Below are positions 50,353-59,071 of a DNA stretch of 64,000 nucleotides, in pieces; positions within the stretch are counted from its first letter, which is position 1, and each line of letters starts with the position of its first letter. This DNA is from Candidatus Woesearchaeota archaeon (GTDB lineage: Archaea > Nanobdellota > Nanobdellia > Woesearchaeales > JAGVYF01). The stretch is taken from positions 5,150 to 69,149 of the forward strand of contig JAGVYF010000003.1 of the NCBI GenBank assembly GCA_018303425.1, written 5' to 3'. The notes beneath the pieces were generated by a model. The model made no database searches. It saw nothing but the letters and a program-made list of their open reading frames with translations, and was not told where the DNA came from. Position numbers and translations under genes: made by a program.

Positions 50353-50821
50353 TCAAAAAATAAGTAAAAGTTACAAACCACACTTTAATGTGCCATTAAG
50401 GCAAATAAATATGCCTCAGAGAAATAATGTTACATTTTGGATGGCTTTAGTAGTACTTTTGGTCTCAAATTTTACAATTTCAATTGTGCTTATTCCGTTT
50501 TTAATCATTCTTGAAAAAATGCCGTTATATACACTAATATTTTTAATTGGAATAATGTTTGGTTCATTATTTAAACTAACCTTAGACTCAATAAATAATT
50601 TAGAAAAAAAACATCAGAATATAGCAACATTTTTTATCCCTGCGCTTGCCATTGTAAATATAGCAGTTATTACCACGCTTAGCAATAAAATGGCTGAATT
50701 ACTTGAACTTAGCATAGCACATAATCCACCTATAATTGGATTAACATATGCATTAGCTTTTATTACGCCGTTCATTTACAAATCAATTCTAGATAAATTA
50801 AACTTTTTGATTTATAAATAA
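50312..50821 (+). CDS. Hypothetical membrane protein (4 TM), third gene of the operon
   Basis: Basic N-terminus followed by four hydrophobic helices. Confidence 0.4.
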   Translation: MKMQKKQTAKKRHNQKISKSYKPHFNVPLRQINMPQRNNVTFWMALVVLLVSNFTISIVLIPFLIILEKMPLYTLIFLIGIMFGSLFKLTLDSINNLEKKHQNIATFFIPALAIVNIAVITTLSNKMAELLELSIAHNPPIIGLTYALAFITPFIYKSILDKLNFLIYK

Positions 50822-50826
50822 AAAAA

Positions 50827-50990
50827 GGGCAGCGAGAGGGAGTCGAACCCTCCTCACAGGATTTCTGCAATTTGCCTTTAACCATCAGAAATGAGCTAAA
50901 ATAAAGTTTTTGCTCGCTGATTTTGGTCAAGCTTTTTGCTTGGCAAAAAGGTTGCCACAGTCCCATATTCTACCGATGAACTACCGCCGC
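50827..50990 (-). tRNA. tRNA-His (GTG) with encoded G-1 and a ~93-nt canonical intron
   Basis: Minus strand reads G-GCGGCGG-TA-GTTC-ATCGGTA-GAAT-A-TGGGA-CTGTGG[93 nt]A-TCCTG-TGAG-GAGGG-TTCGACT-CCCTC-TCGCTGC-C. Discriminator C73 pairs with G-1. A TATA box lies at about +51015..51025. Confidence 0.6.
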
Positions 50991-51050
50991 CATATATTTT
51001 TAAGTGGTTTTATCTCCTTTATAAACCTTATTATAAATAATTATAAAATG

Positions 51051-51097
51051 AACTAAACCGCATTAATGTTACTTTTGTATCTGTGTAGTGGCATGAA
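51051..51097. repeat. Repeat family D partial copy
   Basis: AACTAAACCGCATTAATGTTACTTTTGTATCTGTGTAGTGGCA matches 37917..37962. Confidence 0.4.
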
Positions 51098-51400
51098 ACC
51101 CGCCGTCTCCATCCCTCTTTATGCGAAAGAAATAATTTGATCTACTAGAAAAAATTGATTGAATATTTAATCATCTAACGGGCTTTTAATATTGCGAATA
51201 TTCTTGTTTGAAACTTTAGTATATATTAGAGTGGTACTTATATCCGAAACCTTAGGAAGATAAATTAACTCAAGTAGAAGGTTGTAGTTTAAATGCTGAA
51301 CCAGCCGATTATGGTTCATTAATATAATGCAAAGGCTACATCAAACATAAATTAATTAATTATAGAAACCTTTATATAATAGTTATATCTAGATTAAACT

Positions 51401-52021
51401 ATGAGAAGGAGAGAACTTCTGCAAAAACTAGCTGGAATTCAAACTATGGGTTCGGTTATGGATATACTTAAAGTAGATAAAAGAATGGCAATTTATTACA
51501 TACACCGCCTTAGAAAAGAAGGTTATGTTAAAACCAAGAGACAGAGCAATAATCGAAGAGTTTACAATATCTCACTTGAGAATAAATTAGGTGGCAAGAG
51601 CTATTACGAGATTATTAATCAACATTCCCCCATTAAAATCTCAACGCCAGTAATCTATAGAATATACGGTAAAGAACCAAGCCTAGAAGAAACCTTAATT
51701 TATGCAATAAAAACTAAAAGTATCAGGACTATTCTTGCGTCATTGGCTTTATTTGGAAAAATTATTAATTGGGTAGAATTATATAATATAGCTAAAAAGA
51801 ATAATATTGAAAGACAAGTTGGGGCATTATATGATCTTGCTCGCCAGATTATGAAGGTGAGAAAAATGTCTCCTAAATTTAGAAGTAGTACTCTCCCAAA
51901 AGAAAAATATAAGTTTGAATATGTTGTTCCAAAATTAAAATCTAGAGATTTTACTGGAATAGAAAAAATATGGAAAATTTATCTTCCGTTTAACAAGAAA
52001 GATTTGGAGGAGTACAAATGA
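51401..52021 (+). CDS. AbiEi-like antitoxin / transcriptional regulator (N-terminal wHTH)
   Basis: The N-terminal 60 aa are wHTH. 206 aa. The stop overlaps the next start (ATGA). Confidence 0.45.
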   Translation: MRRRELLQKLAGIQTMGSVMDILKVDKRMAIYYIHRLRKEGYVKTKRQSNNRRVYNISLENKLGGKSYYEIINQHSPIKISTPVIYRIYGKEPSLEETLIYAIKTKSIRTILASLALFGKIINWVELYNIAKKNNIERQVGALYDLARQIMKVRKMSPKFRSSTLPKEKYKFEYVVPKLKSRDFTGIEKIWKIYLPFNKKDLEEYK

Positions 52022-52686
52022 TTACTATAGACCAACAGCAAAAATTATTATTAAATGTTGCTAGAAGACTTAGCAAGAAAATAACTATTTACGCCATTGG
52101 CGGAACTGCCATGATGTTCCTTGGTTTTAAAGATGCAACTTTAGATATTGATCTAGTCTTTAAGAATGAAAAAGACCGCGCTGTATTCAAAGAAGCTGTA
52201 AAATCTTTAGGTTATTTAGAAATGGACGCTATTAAGATTTACGGAGTAAAACGAAATACACCTGAGATGTTTAAGCTTAACGATGAACGCTTTGATTTAT
52301 TTGTAGTAGAAGTAGTTGATTTTATCTTTTCAGAAAATATGAAACAAAGAACCGAACAAACGCATCAGTTCGGAGAAACACTCATTCTAAAAATAGCCAA
52401 TCCCCATGATATTATCCTTATGAAATGTGCTACTGATCGTTTAAAAGACAAAGACGATGCAAGAAGAATTATTAATTCCACAAAAATAAATTGGGATACC
52501 ATTATAGGAGAAGCTAAAAACCAAATGGAATTGGGAAAAGAAAGAGCAGTATTTGATTTAACTTGTTTTTTAGAAGATCTTAGAAAAATGATGGGAGTAA
52601 ATATTCCTTCAGAAATTATGGACAAACTCTTTGATTTAATTGAAAGACAGGTAAAAGAAAAAAAGAAAAAGGCTAGAGAAAATTAA
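52018..52686 (+). CDS. AbiEii-like nucleotidyltransferase toxin (DUF1814-type)
   Basis: IYAIGGTAMMFLGFKDATLDIDLV is the GGTAL...DID motif of AbiEii/AbiGii NTases. Confidence 0.5.
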   Translation: MITIDQQQKLLLNVARRLSKKITIYAIGGTAMMFLGFKDATLDIDLVFKNEKDRAVFKEAVKSLGYLEMDAIKIYGVKRNTPEMFKLNDERFDLFVVEVVDFIFSENMKQRTEQTHQFGETLILKIANPHDIILMKCATDRLKDKDDARRIINSTKINWDTIIGEAKNQMELGKERAVFDLTCFLEDLRKMMGVNIPSEIMDKLFDLIERQVKEKKKKAREN

Positions 52687-52930
52687 CTTCCGATTCCCCC
52701 CGCGAAACGACTAACTGAAAATTACCCCTTGATACTTATTCTTGATGCACTGAGAAATTAAAGATTTCTGGTGTCCCAAAAAGCTTTGCTTTTTGAGGAG
52801 CTCACTGTGTTCGCTTGATTGAATACACTCCTGAAATTACTTTAATTTTTTGCTATTCGAGCATCATTGCACTAAAATCTCGTCCTCATTTCATTCAGAG
52901 AAACTAACAGCGATCGCGATGTTATACGCA

Positions 52931-52967
52931 ATTTCTTTCCACTAAATCAAAAATAAGGCACCTGGCC
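52931..52967. repeat. Left inverted repeat of the toxin-antitoxin cassette (TTTCTTTCCACTAA...AAGGCACCTGGCC)
   Basis: Reverse complement of 53565..53595: 14 + 12 bp matching around a short gap. Confidence 0.55.
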
Positions 52968-53015
52968 AAAAGGTTTATTAATAAGTTCTACTTATATGGA
53001 ATTAGGTTAACTAAT

Positions 53016-53255
53016 ATGGTACAAGCACTTGTAGAAATTAATGATAATACGAATCGTGTGTTAAATGTTGTTAAGGCAAAATTCGGACTTAAGGATAAAG
53101 GTAAGGCTATCGAATTTGTTGTTTCTGAATTTATTGAGTTTGAGAACGAGCCTGAATTAGCACCTGGTTTTATTCAAAAGATTGAAGAAATTAAGAAACA
53201 AAAAAGCATTAAAGTAACTGATTTTGCAAAACGATATGGACTTAAAAGTTCATAA
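53016..53255 (+). CDS. Putative antitoxin of the RelE/ParE-type pair
   Basis: 79 aa. Lies 14 nt upstream of the toxin gene. Confidence 0.45.
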   Translation: MVQALVEINDNTNRVLNVVKAKFGLKDKGKAIEFVVSEFIEFENEPELAPGFIQKIEEIKKQKSIKVTDFAKRYGLKSS

Positions 53256-53269
53256 AAAAGAGTTGATAA

Positions 53270-53548
53270 TTGATATATGATCTAAAGATTAAACCTGAAA
53301 TTGATAAGATATTCTCAAAACTAGCAAAGAAGAATCCTCAGCAATTGATGATTATTGACAAGAAAATAAATGAAATTCGAGAAGATCCTTCGGGTTATAA
53401 GTTCTTAAGAAAGCCTCTTAATGGTTTTAATAGAGTCCATATCGATAAGCACTTCGTCCTTATATTTCAAGTAAACCATCATAAAAAAGTGGTAGAAATT
53501 TACTATTTCGACCATCACGATTCTGTATACGCTTGGAGACCGAAGTAA
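53270..53548 (+). CDS. RelE/ParE-family toxin
   Basis: LRKPLNGFNRVHIDKHFVLIFQVNHHKKVVEIYYFDHHDSVY matches the RelE/ParE C-terminal signature. Confidence 0.6.
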   Translation: MIYDLKIKPEIDKIFSKLAKKNPQQLMIIDKKINEIREDPSGYKFLRKPLNGFNRVHIDKHFVLIFQVNHHKKVVEIYYFDHHDSVYAWRPK

Positions 53549-53564
53549 TTTTAGGGCCAGGTGC

Positions 53565-53595
53565 CTTTAAGTTAGTGGAAAGAAACTTCTTCGCT
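53565..53595. repeat. Right inverted repeat of the toxin-antitoxin cassette (GGCCAGGTGCCTT...TTAGTGGAAAGAAA)
   Basis: See the left IR. Confidence 0.55.
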
Positions 53596-53749
53596 TCGCT
53601 CAGACCGCGCTGCGCTTTCGGCTTCGCCTCAGGGAGCATAACAGAGCTTAACCGACTACGAAATCTTGCAGGTTTCCCCACCCAAATTTATTTTTAAAAA
53701 TTAACATACAGACAATAAAATTTTTGGACAGCGCCCATTTAACAATAAC

Positions 53750-53758
53750 TTTATAAAT
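53750..53758 (+). promoter_or_regulatory. TATA box (TTTATAAAT) 27 nt upstream of the ileS ATG (leaderless mRNA likely)
   Basis: Spacing is consistent with a transcription start at or next to the ATG. Preceded by the family C half-repeat TGGACAGCGCC. Confidence 0.3.
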
Positions 53759-53780
53759 GCGTTATCTATTCTGAAAATAC

Positions 53781-56700
53781 ATGGAAGTTAAGAATTATAA
53801 CCCATTACTATCTGAACAAAAAACAATTGAATATTGGAAAGAAAATCAAATATATCGAAAAATTAAAGAACGAAATAAGGGCAAAGAAAAATTCTATTTT
53901 TTGCAAGGTCCGCCATATACCAGCGGAAAACTTCACGTGGCTCATGCGTGGAATAATACACTAAAAGATGCTATTCTAAGATATAAACGTATGAAAGGTT
54001 TTGATGTTTGGGACCGCGGGGGATATGATATGCACGGACTTCCAACAGAACTTAAAGTGCAGGCAAAATTTAACCTCGAAACTAAAGAAGACATTATTGA
54101 ATTTGGAGAAGAAAAGTTTGCTAAAGAATGCGAAAAATGGTCAATTGAAAAAGCAAATGATATGACTACCGACCTCTGGAGATTAGGCGTATGGATGGAT
54201 CATGATAACGCATATATGCCAATCAAAAATACTTTTATGGAAAATGAATGGTGGCTAATCAAAACTGCATATGAAAAAGGCAAAGTCTATGAAGGTAAAA
54301 AAACAATTTCATGGTGTGCAAGCTGTGCAACTGCGCTAGCAAAGCATGAATGTGAATATAAAGAATTAAACGAAAAATCTATATTTGTAAAATTTAAAGT
54401 AAAAGATAAAAATAATGAATTCCTAATTATATGGACAACTACTCCTTGGACGATTGCTTTTAACATGGCAGTCATGGTAAACCCTGAACTTGATTATGTA
54501 AGAGTTGAAGTTGATAATGAAATTTGGATAGTTGCAAAACAATTAGCAAGTCCATTAATCCAAATGGTAATTAATAAACCATTAAAAATTGTTGAAGAAT
54601 TTAAAGGAGAAAAGCTTGAGGGTACTGAATATATGCATCCTTGGGAATCAGAAATACCATACTTTATAGAAACAAAAAAAGAATTCCCTAAAACTCATAC
54701 AGTTATTATGTCAACCGAATTCGTTGACACTACTGCCGGTTCAGGTTTGGTGCACTGTGCGCCAGGCTGCGGTCCTGAAGATTATGAAGTAGGCCACAGA
54801 AACAATATTCCTGCTTTCAATAACATCTCTGAGAAAGGTAGATTCCCTGAAGAGACTGGAAAATTTGCCGGATTAAAAGCTAAAACAGATGACAAAAAAT
54901 TTATTGAAGCATTGAATGAAGCAGGAGCACTAATCGCAGTTACAGATGTGTCCCATGACTATGCGCATTGCTGGAGATGTAAAGAACCAGTAGTGTTCAG
55001 AGCAACAAAACAGTGGTTCTTTAAGATTGAAGATTTAAAAGACCGAATGATTGAAGCAAACAAAAAAGTTCATTGGGTGCCGAATGAAGGTTCAAATGCA
55101 TTAGAACTATGGACAAAAAATCTTCGTGATGACTCAATAACAAAACAAAGATTCTGGGGAACACCTGTACCTATATGGAAATGCAATAAATGCGAAGATG
55201 TTACGGTAGTAGCATCTGCAAAAGAACTAGAAGAACTTGGTGCAGAAGTACCTGAAAATTTACACAAGCCCTGGATTGACAGAGTTATATTTGACTGTAA
55301 ATGCGGTGGCAAAAAAATAAGACTTCCGGATGTACTTGACGTATGGATTGATGCAGGAACAGCTGCATGGAACTGTTTAGATTATCCTAATCACACTGAT
55401 TTAATGAACAAATGGTGGCCAGCTGACTTTATACTTGAAGGGAAAGAACAAACCAGATTATGGTTTAGTATGCTCCTTAAATGTTCAATGTTAGCAATGG
55501 ATCAACCATGTTACAAAAATGTTTACATGCATGGTATGTTATTGGGTGTTGACGGCGTTAAAATGTCAAAATCTTTAGGAAACGTGATTTCACCATACGA
55601 AATTACTGATAAATATGGAGCTGACACATTAAGATACTACTTAAACAGCGTAAATGCAGGTGAAAATATTAATTTTTCATGGGACGAAATAAAACTCAAA
55701 TATAGAAACTTAACGGTTTTCTGGAACCTTCACAAATATTTATTGGATCTCTCAAGTGAAATAGGTAAAATCCCCCTAAATCTTCCTTCCGGACTAGAAG
55801 ATCTTTTTGAAATTGAAGAAAAATATATCATTTCAAAATTAAATAATACAATAAAAAATGTAACTCTCGCCTTTGATGAATATAGGTTAGACGATATTCC
55901 CGATTTAATTGAAAACTTATACCTGGAATTATCAAGAACTTACATCCAACAAATTAGAGAAAAAGTCACATTAGGCACTGAAAAAGAAAAAGAAGTTGTA
56001 CTTTATACAATATATAAAGTTATGAGTGGCCTCATTAAAATAAGCTCTCCTTTTTTACCATTCATTGCTGAAACCATATTTTTAAACTTTAAAAAATCGT
56101 TTAACTTAACAAAAGAATCTGTGCACATGTATGAATGGCCAAATTATACCCAAGCATCAATTGATGAAGAATTAGAAACAAATATGTTAATTTCCCAATC
56201 AATTATACAAAGTATATTAAGCGCAAGAGAAAAAGCTCAAATTGGATTAAGATGGCCGGTAAAGGAGGTTATTATTGAATGCGAAGAGCAATTTATAAAA
56301 TCCATTAAAAAAATGCAAAAAACCATCAAAGCGCAGACTAATATTAAAACGTTGTTAATCAATAGCAATCTTCCTGAATTAAATATAGAAATTGAACCAA
56401 ACCACCAAAAATTAGGTCCAGAATTTGGTGCAATTACTCCAAAAGTAATAGAATATCTTAAAACGATAAAAGGAAATAAACTGCTTGCTGAAATAAAAAC
56501 TAAAGGTAAACATATTTTTAAAATAAATGATAAAGAACTAGAATTAAGAGAAAGCCATATTAAAATTGAAAAACAAGTACCTGAACCATACATACTTGGT
56601 GAATTCAAACAAGGACACATTTATTTAAATCAAGAACGGGACACAGAATTAAACAATGAAGGTTTTGCTCGTGAAATAACTAGGAGAATACAACAAGCAA

Positions 56701-56915
56701 GAAAAGAAAAGGGTTTAATCAAATCTGATAGCATCAAACTTTATATTAAAACTAGTATGAGTGAGGAATTAAATAATTGGTTAGAACAGATACAAATAAA
56801 AGTAGGCGCAGAAAATATAATCATTAGTAACGATGAACCTCAAGAAATATATGAGAACACTTTTGTGGAAAAAGTAAAGGATCAAGAGATAATTATATTA
56901 TTTAATAAAGGGTAA
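53781..56915 (+). CDS. ileS: Isoleucyl-tRNA synthetase
   Basis: HIGH region PPYTSGKLHVAHAWN. KMSKS (KMSKSLGN). Editing CP1 domain. Zn-binding C-terminus. Confidence 0.9.
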   Translation: MEVKNYNPLLSEQKTIEYWKENQIYRKIKERNKGKEKFYFLQGPPYTSGKLHVAHAWNNTLKDAILRYKRMKGFDVWDRGGYDMHGLPTELKVQAKFNLETKEDIIEFGEEKFAKECEKWSIEKANDMTTDLWRLGVWMDHDNAYMPIKNTFMENEWWLIKTAYEKGKVYEGKKTISWCASCATALAKHECEYKELNEKSIFVKFKVKDKNNEFLIIWTTTPWTIAFNMAVMVNPELDYVRVEVDNEIWIVAKQLASPLIQMVINKPLKIVEEFKGEKLEGTEYMHPWESEIPYFIETKKEFPKTHTVIMSTEFVDTTAGSGLVHCAPGCGPEDYEVGHRNNIPAFNNISEKGRFPEETGKFAGLKAKTDDKKFIEALNEAGALIAVTDVSHDYAHCWRCKEPVVFRATKQWFFKIEDLKDRMIEANKKVHWVPNEGSNALELWTKNLRDDSITKQRFWGTPVPIWKCNKCEDVTVVASAKELEELGAEVPENLHKPWIDRVIFDCKCGGKKIRLPDVLDVWIDAGTAAWNCLDYPNHTDLMNKWWPADFILEGKEQTRLWFSMLLKCSMLAMDQPCYKNVYMHGMLLGVDGVKMSKSLGNVISPYEITDKYGADTLRYYLNSVNAGENINFSWDEIKLKYRNLTVFWNLHKYLLDLSSEIGKIPLNLPSGLEDLFEIEEKYIISKLNNTIKNVTLAFDEYRLDDIPDLIENLYLELSRTYIQQIREKVTLGTEKEKEVVLYTIYKVMSGLIKISSPFLPFIAETIFLNFKKSFNLTKESVHMYEWPNYTQASIDEELETNMLISQSIIQSILSAREKAQIGLRWPVKEVIIECEEQFIKSIKKMQKTIKAQTNIKTLLINSNLPELNIEIEPNHQKLGPEFGAITPKVIEYLKTIKGNKLLAEIKTKGKHIFKINDKELELRESHIKIEKQVPEPYILGEFKQGHIYLNQERDTELNNEGFAREITRRIQQARKEKGLIKSDSIKLYIKTSMSEELNNWLEQIQIKVGAENIIISNDEPQEIYENTFVEKVKDQEIIILFNKG

Positions 56916-56946
56916 TATTTATATATATTAGAATCCTTATTATTTT

Positions 56947-57357
56947 ATGATTGCGCAATACTTTAATGGGCAAGGTATTTTAATTTTTAAATTATTTCTT
57001 GCAGCAATATTAGGATTCATAGCCGCCCTAGATAGAAAAAAATATGGAAAAGGCGCAGGAATGCGAACATATGCCTTAATCGCCATGGGGGCATGTTTAT
57101 TTGGAATTATATCTAACCAGTATTTAAATGACCAAACAAGAATCGCTGCAAACATTGTTAGCGGTATAGGATTTATAGGCGCAGGCCTTATTTGGCAAAA
57201 AAGGGGAAATATAATTGGAGTAACAACTGCAGCAGGTATCTGGGCTACTGCCGCAATAGGACTTGCAGTTGCAGCTGATTTGTGGTTACTTGCAATCTTT
57301 GCAACACTAATGCTAACATTAATATTTAATATTAGATGGATTATGCCTTGGACATAG
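56947..57357 (+). CDS. MgtC/SapB family membrane protein
   Basis: ALDRKKYGKGAGMRTYALIAMGACLFGII and GIGFIGAGLIW match the MgtC family. Confidence 0.55.
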   Translation: MIAQYFNGQGILIFKLFLAAILGFIAALDRKKYGKGAGMRTYALIAMGACLFGIISNQYLNDQTRIAANIVSGIGFIGAGLIWQKRGNIIGVTTAAGIWATAAIGLAVAADLWLLAIFATLMLTLIFNIRWIMPWT

Positions 57358-57440
57358 ATAACTATATAAATCTTAAATTATACATAAATATAAAAACATT
57401 TAAAAATAAGTTAACCTATTAAATATAATAGAGGTGCATA

Positions 57441-57896
57441 ATGGGATTGTTTAATTGGGGAAAAAAAAAGGAAGAAACTGAAAATATTTCTAATGTATCT
57501 AATGTAAATACATTACCAGAACCCCCATCTATTGAAAACGCTCAATTACCTTTACCATCTAAAAAATCCACGCAACGATTTCCAAGAATGCCAATAACTA
57601 AATCTTTACTAGTTTCTAAAAATTTTGAAAAGGATATATACGGAGAAGAAAAAGAGAGATTGAATCAGAGAAATATGCTAGAAGTTATTCAGCCCTTATT
57701 TGTCCGTGGTCCGCAATTCCAAAATATGATAATCGATTTAATAGAATCAAAGGTCGAACTTAAAAAAGCTGAAAACTTTACAACAAAATTTAGAGAAATA
57801 CATGAACTTAAAGAAATAAGTTTCGAAGATTTAAGAAAAAATATTGAGATTATACAGCATAAATTAATATTTATGGATAAATCTTTATTTAAATAG
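57441..57896 (+). CDS. Hypothetical protein
   Basis: 151 aa. First of three consecutive small charged proteins. Confidence 0.35.
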   Translation: MGLFNWGKKKEETENISNVSNVNTLPEPPSIENAQLPLPSKKSTQRFPRMPITKSLLVSKNFEKDIYGEEKERLNQRNMLEVIQPLFVRGPQFQNMIIDLIESKVELKKAENFTTKFREIHELKEISFEDLRKNIEIIQHKLIFMDKSLFK

Positions 57897-57904
57897 GTGA
57901 TAAA

Positions 57905-58135
57905 ATGGAAGACCCACTACAAGTATTTGTAAAAATTGATCAATATAAAGACGTTCTTGAAATAATGAATATGATTAAAAATAAAATGGAAGATACAAAA
58001 GAAATCCTTGCTAGGATTAACAGATTAAAAAACGAAGAAGATTCTGAACTAGAATTATGGCAGACTAGTTTAAAAGAAGCTGAAAAACGTCTTGATCACA
58101 TTGACAAAATATTATTTGAACCTGAAAAATTATAA
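57905..58135 (+). CDS. Hypothetical small coiled-coil protein
   Basis: 76 aa, K/E-rich helical. Confidence 0.35.
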   Translation: MEDPLQVFVKIDQYKDVLEIMNMIKNKMEDTKEILARINRLKNEEDSELELWQTSLKEAEKRLDHIDKILFEPEKL

Positions 58136-58140
58136 TAAAA

Positions 58141-58722
58141 ATGACTGTTAAAAGAAAAAAAGCTGTAAAATTGAAGACTTTGAAAATGAAATCAGTTAAA
58201 TCTAAAAAGCAAAATATTAAACATAAAAACAAAATTTCCATTAAGTCAGCTAAATCAATTAAATTTGCAAGAAAAACAGTTAAAAGTCCAAAAAAAACAA
58301 TCAGAAAAACAGAAAATGTCTCTTTTGCAAAAGAAGAAATATTCTACATGGGTATATCTAACCCAATTGAAATTCGACGTAACATTTTAGAAAGTGCGCG
58401 TGATATGGTCCAATTTTTACAAATGTTTGAAAAATTTAGAATTATCCGTGAAGAAAAAAAGCAAGCAACACTGATACTAAAAAAACAAATTAAAGATCTT
58501 AATATAATAACTAATAAACTTAAAGCAAGACTGCCTAAAGCTTCAATGCGTTATAAAACTGAAAAAGAAAAAACGCCAGAACCGGCAATAATTGAAAATA
58601 AAAAAGTTGAGATAACAAAAGAAACACCAATTAGATCTGAAATGCCCGATATTGATATCAATGATATTGAAGCTTTAGAAACAGAATTAAAAGATATTGA
58701 AGATAAGCTCCATTTCCTTTAA
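58141..58722 (+). CDS. Hypothetical protein with lysine-rich (histone H1-like) N-terminal tail
   Basis: The N-terminal 60 aa are about 40% Lys. The C-terminal part is coiled coil. Confidence 0.35.
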   Translation: MTVKRKKAVKLKTLKMKSVKSKKQNIKHKNKISIKSAKSIKFARKTVKSPKKTIRKTENVSFAKEEIFYMGISNPIEIRRNILESARDMVQFLQMFEKFRIIREEKKQATLILKKQIKDLNIITNKLKARLPKASMRYKTEKEKTPEPAIIENKKVEITKETPIRSEMPDIDINDIEALETELKDIEDKLHFL

Positions 58723-58780
58723 AACTTAAATCTATTATTTAGTTAATTTTTTAAATGAAGACTAGTTCTACTCTTATAAT

Positions 58781-58864
58781 GCGGTGTTGCCAGAGTGGTC
58801 AAATGGGATGGACTCAAGATCCATTAGCTTAGTGCTTACACAGGTTCGAGCCCTGTACGCCGCA
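58781..58864 (+). tRNA. tRNA-Leu (CAA), type II with long variable arm, no intron
   Basis: Acceptor GCGGTGT/ACGCCGC. Anticodon stem ATGGA/TCCAT with loop CTCAAGA. Variable arm TAGCTTAGTGCTTACA. T-arm ACAGG-TTCGAGC-CCTGT. A TATA box lies about 26 nt upstream. Confidence 0.75.
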
Positions 58865-59071
58865 TTTTATTTTCTCTAATTTAAAATGAAGTGAACATAG
58901 CGAACGCAGGTCTTATTGTTTTTAATGGGCTTTTTTTAAAAGATCGGCTCAATACACCCCATTTTTTATGGCTTAAAGATAGAATGAACATAACTTTTAA
59001 AATAATACCAAATTATAATAAATTACACATAGTAACCTTTAAAAATACATTTCTATTGTCCTTATTCTATT

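Noticed and set aside
50860-50950. Box C/D sRNA inside the tRNA-His intron
   Set aside because: Only a CUGAUGG fragment is present. No properly spaced C (RUGAUGA) and D (CUGA) pairs with a terminal stem.
50772-50966. 64-aa minus-strand ORF
   Set aside because: It lies within the tRNA-His gene and intron.
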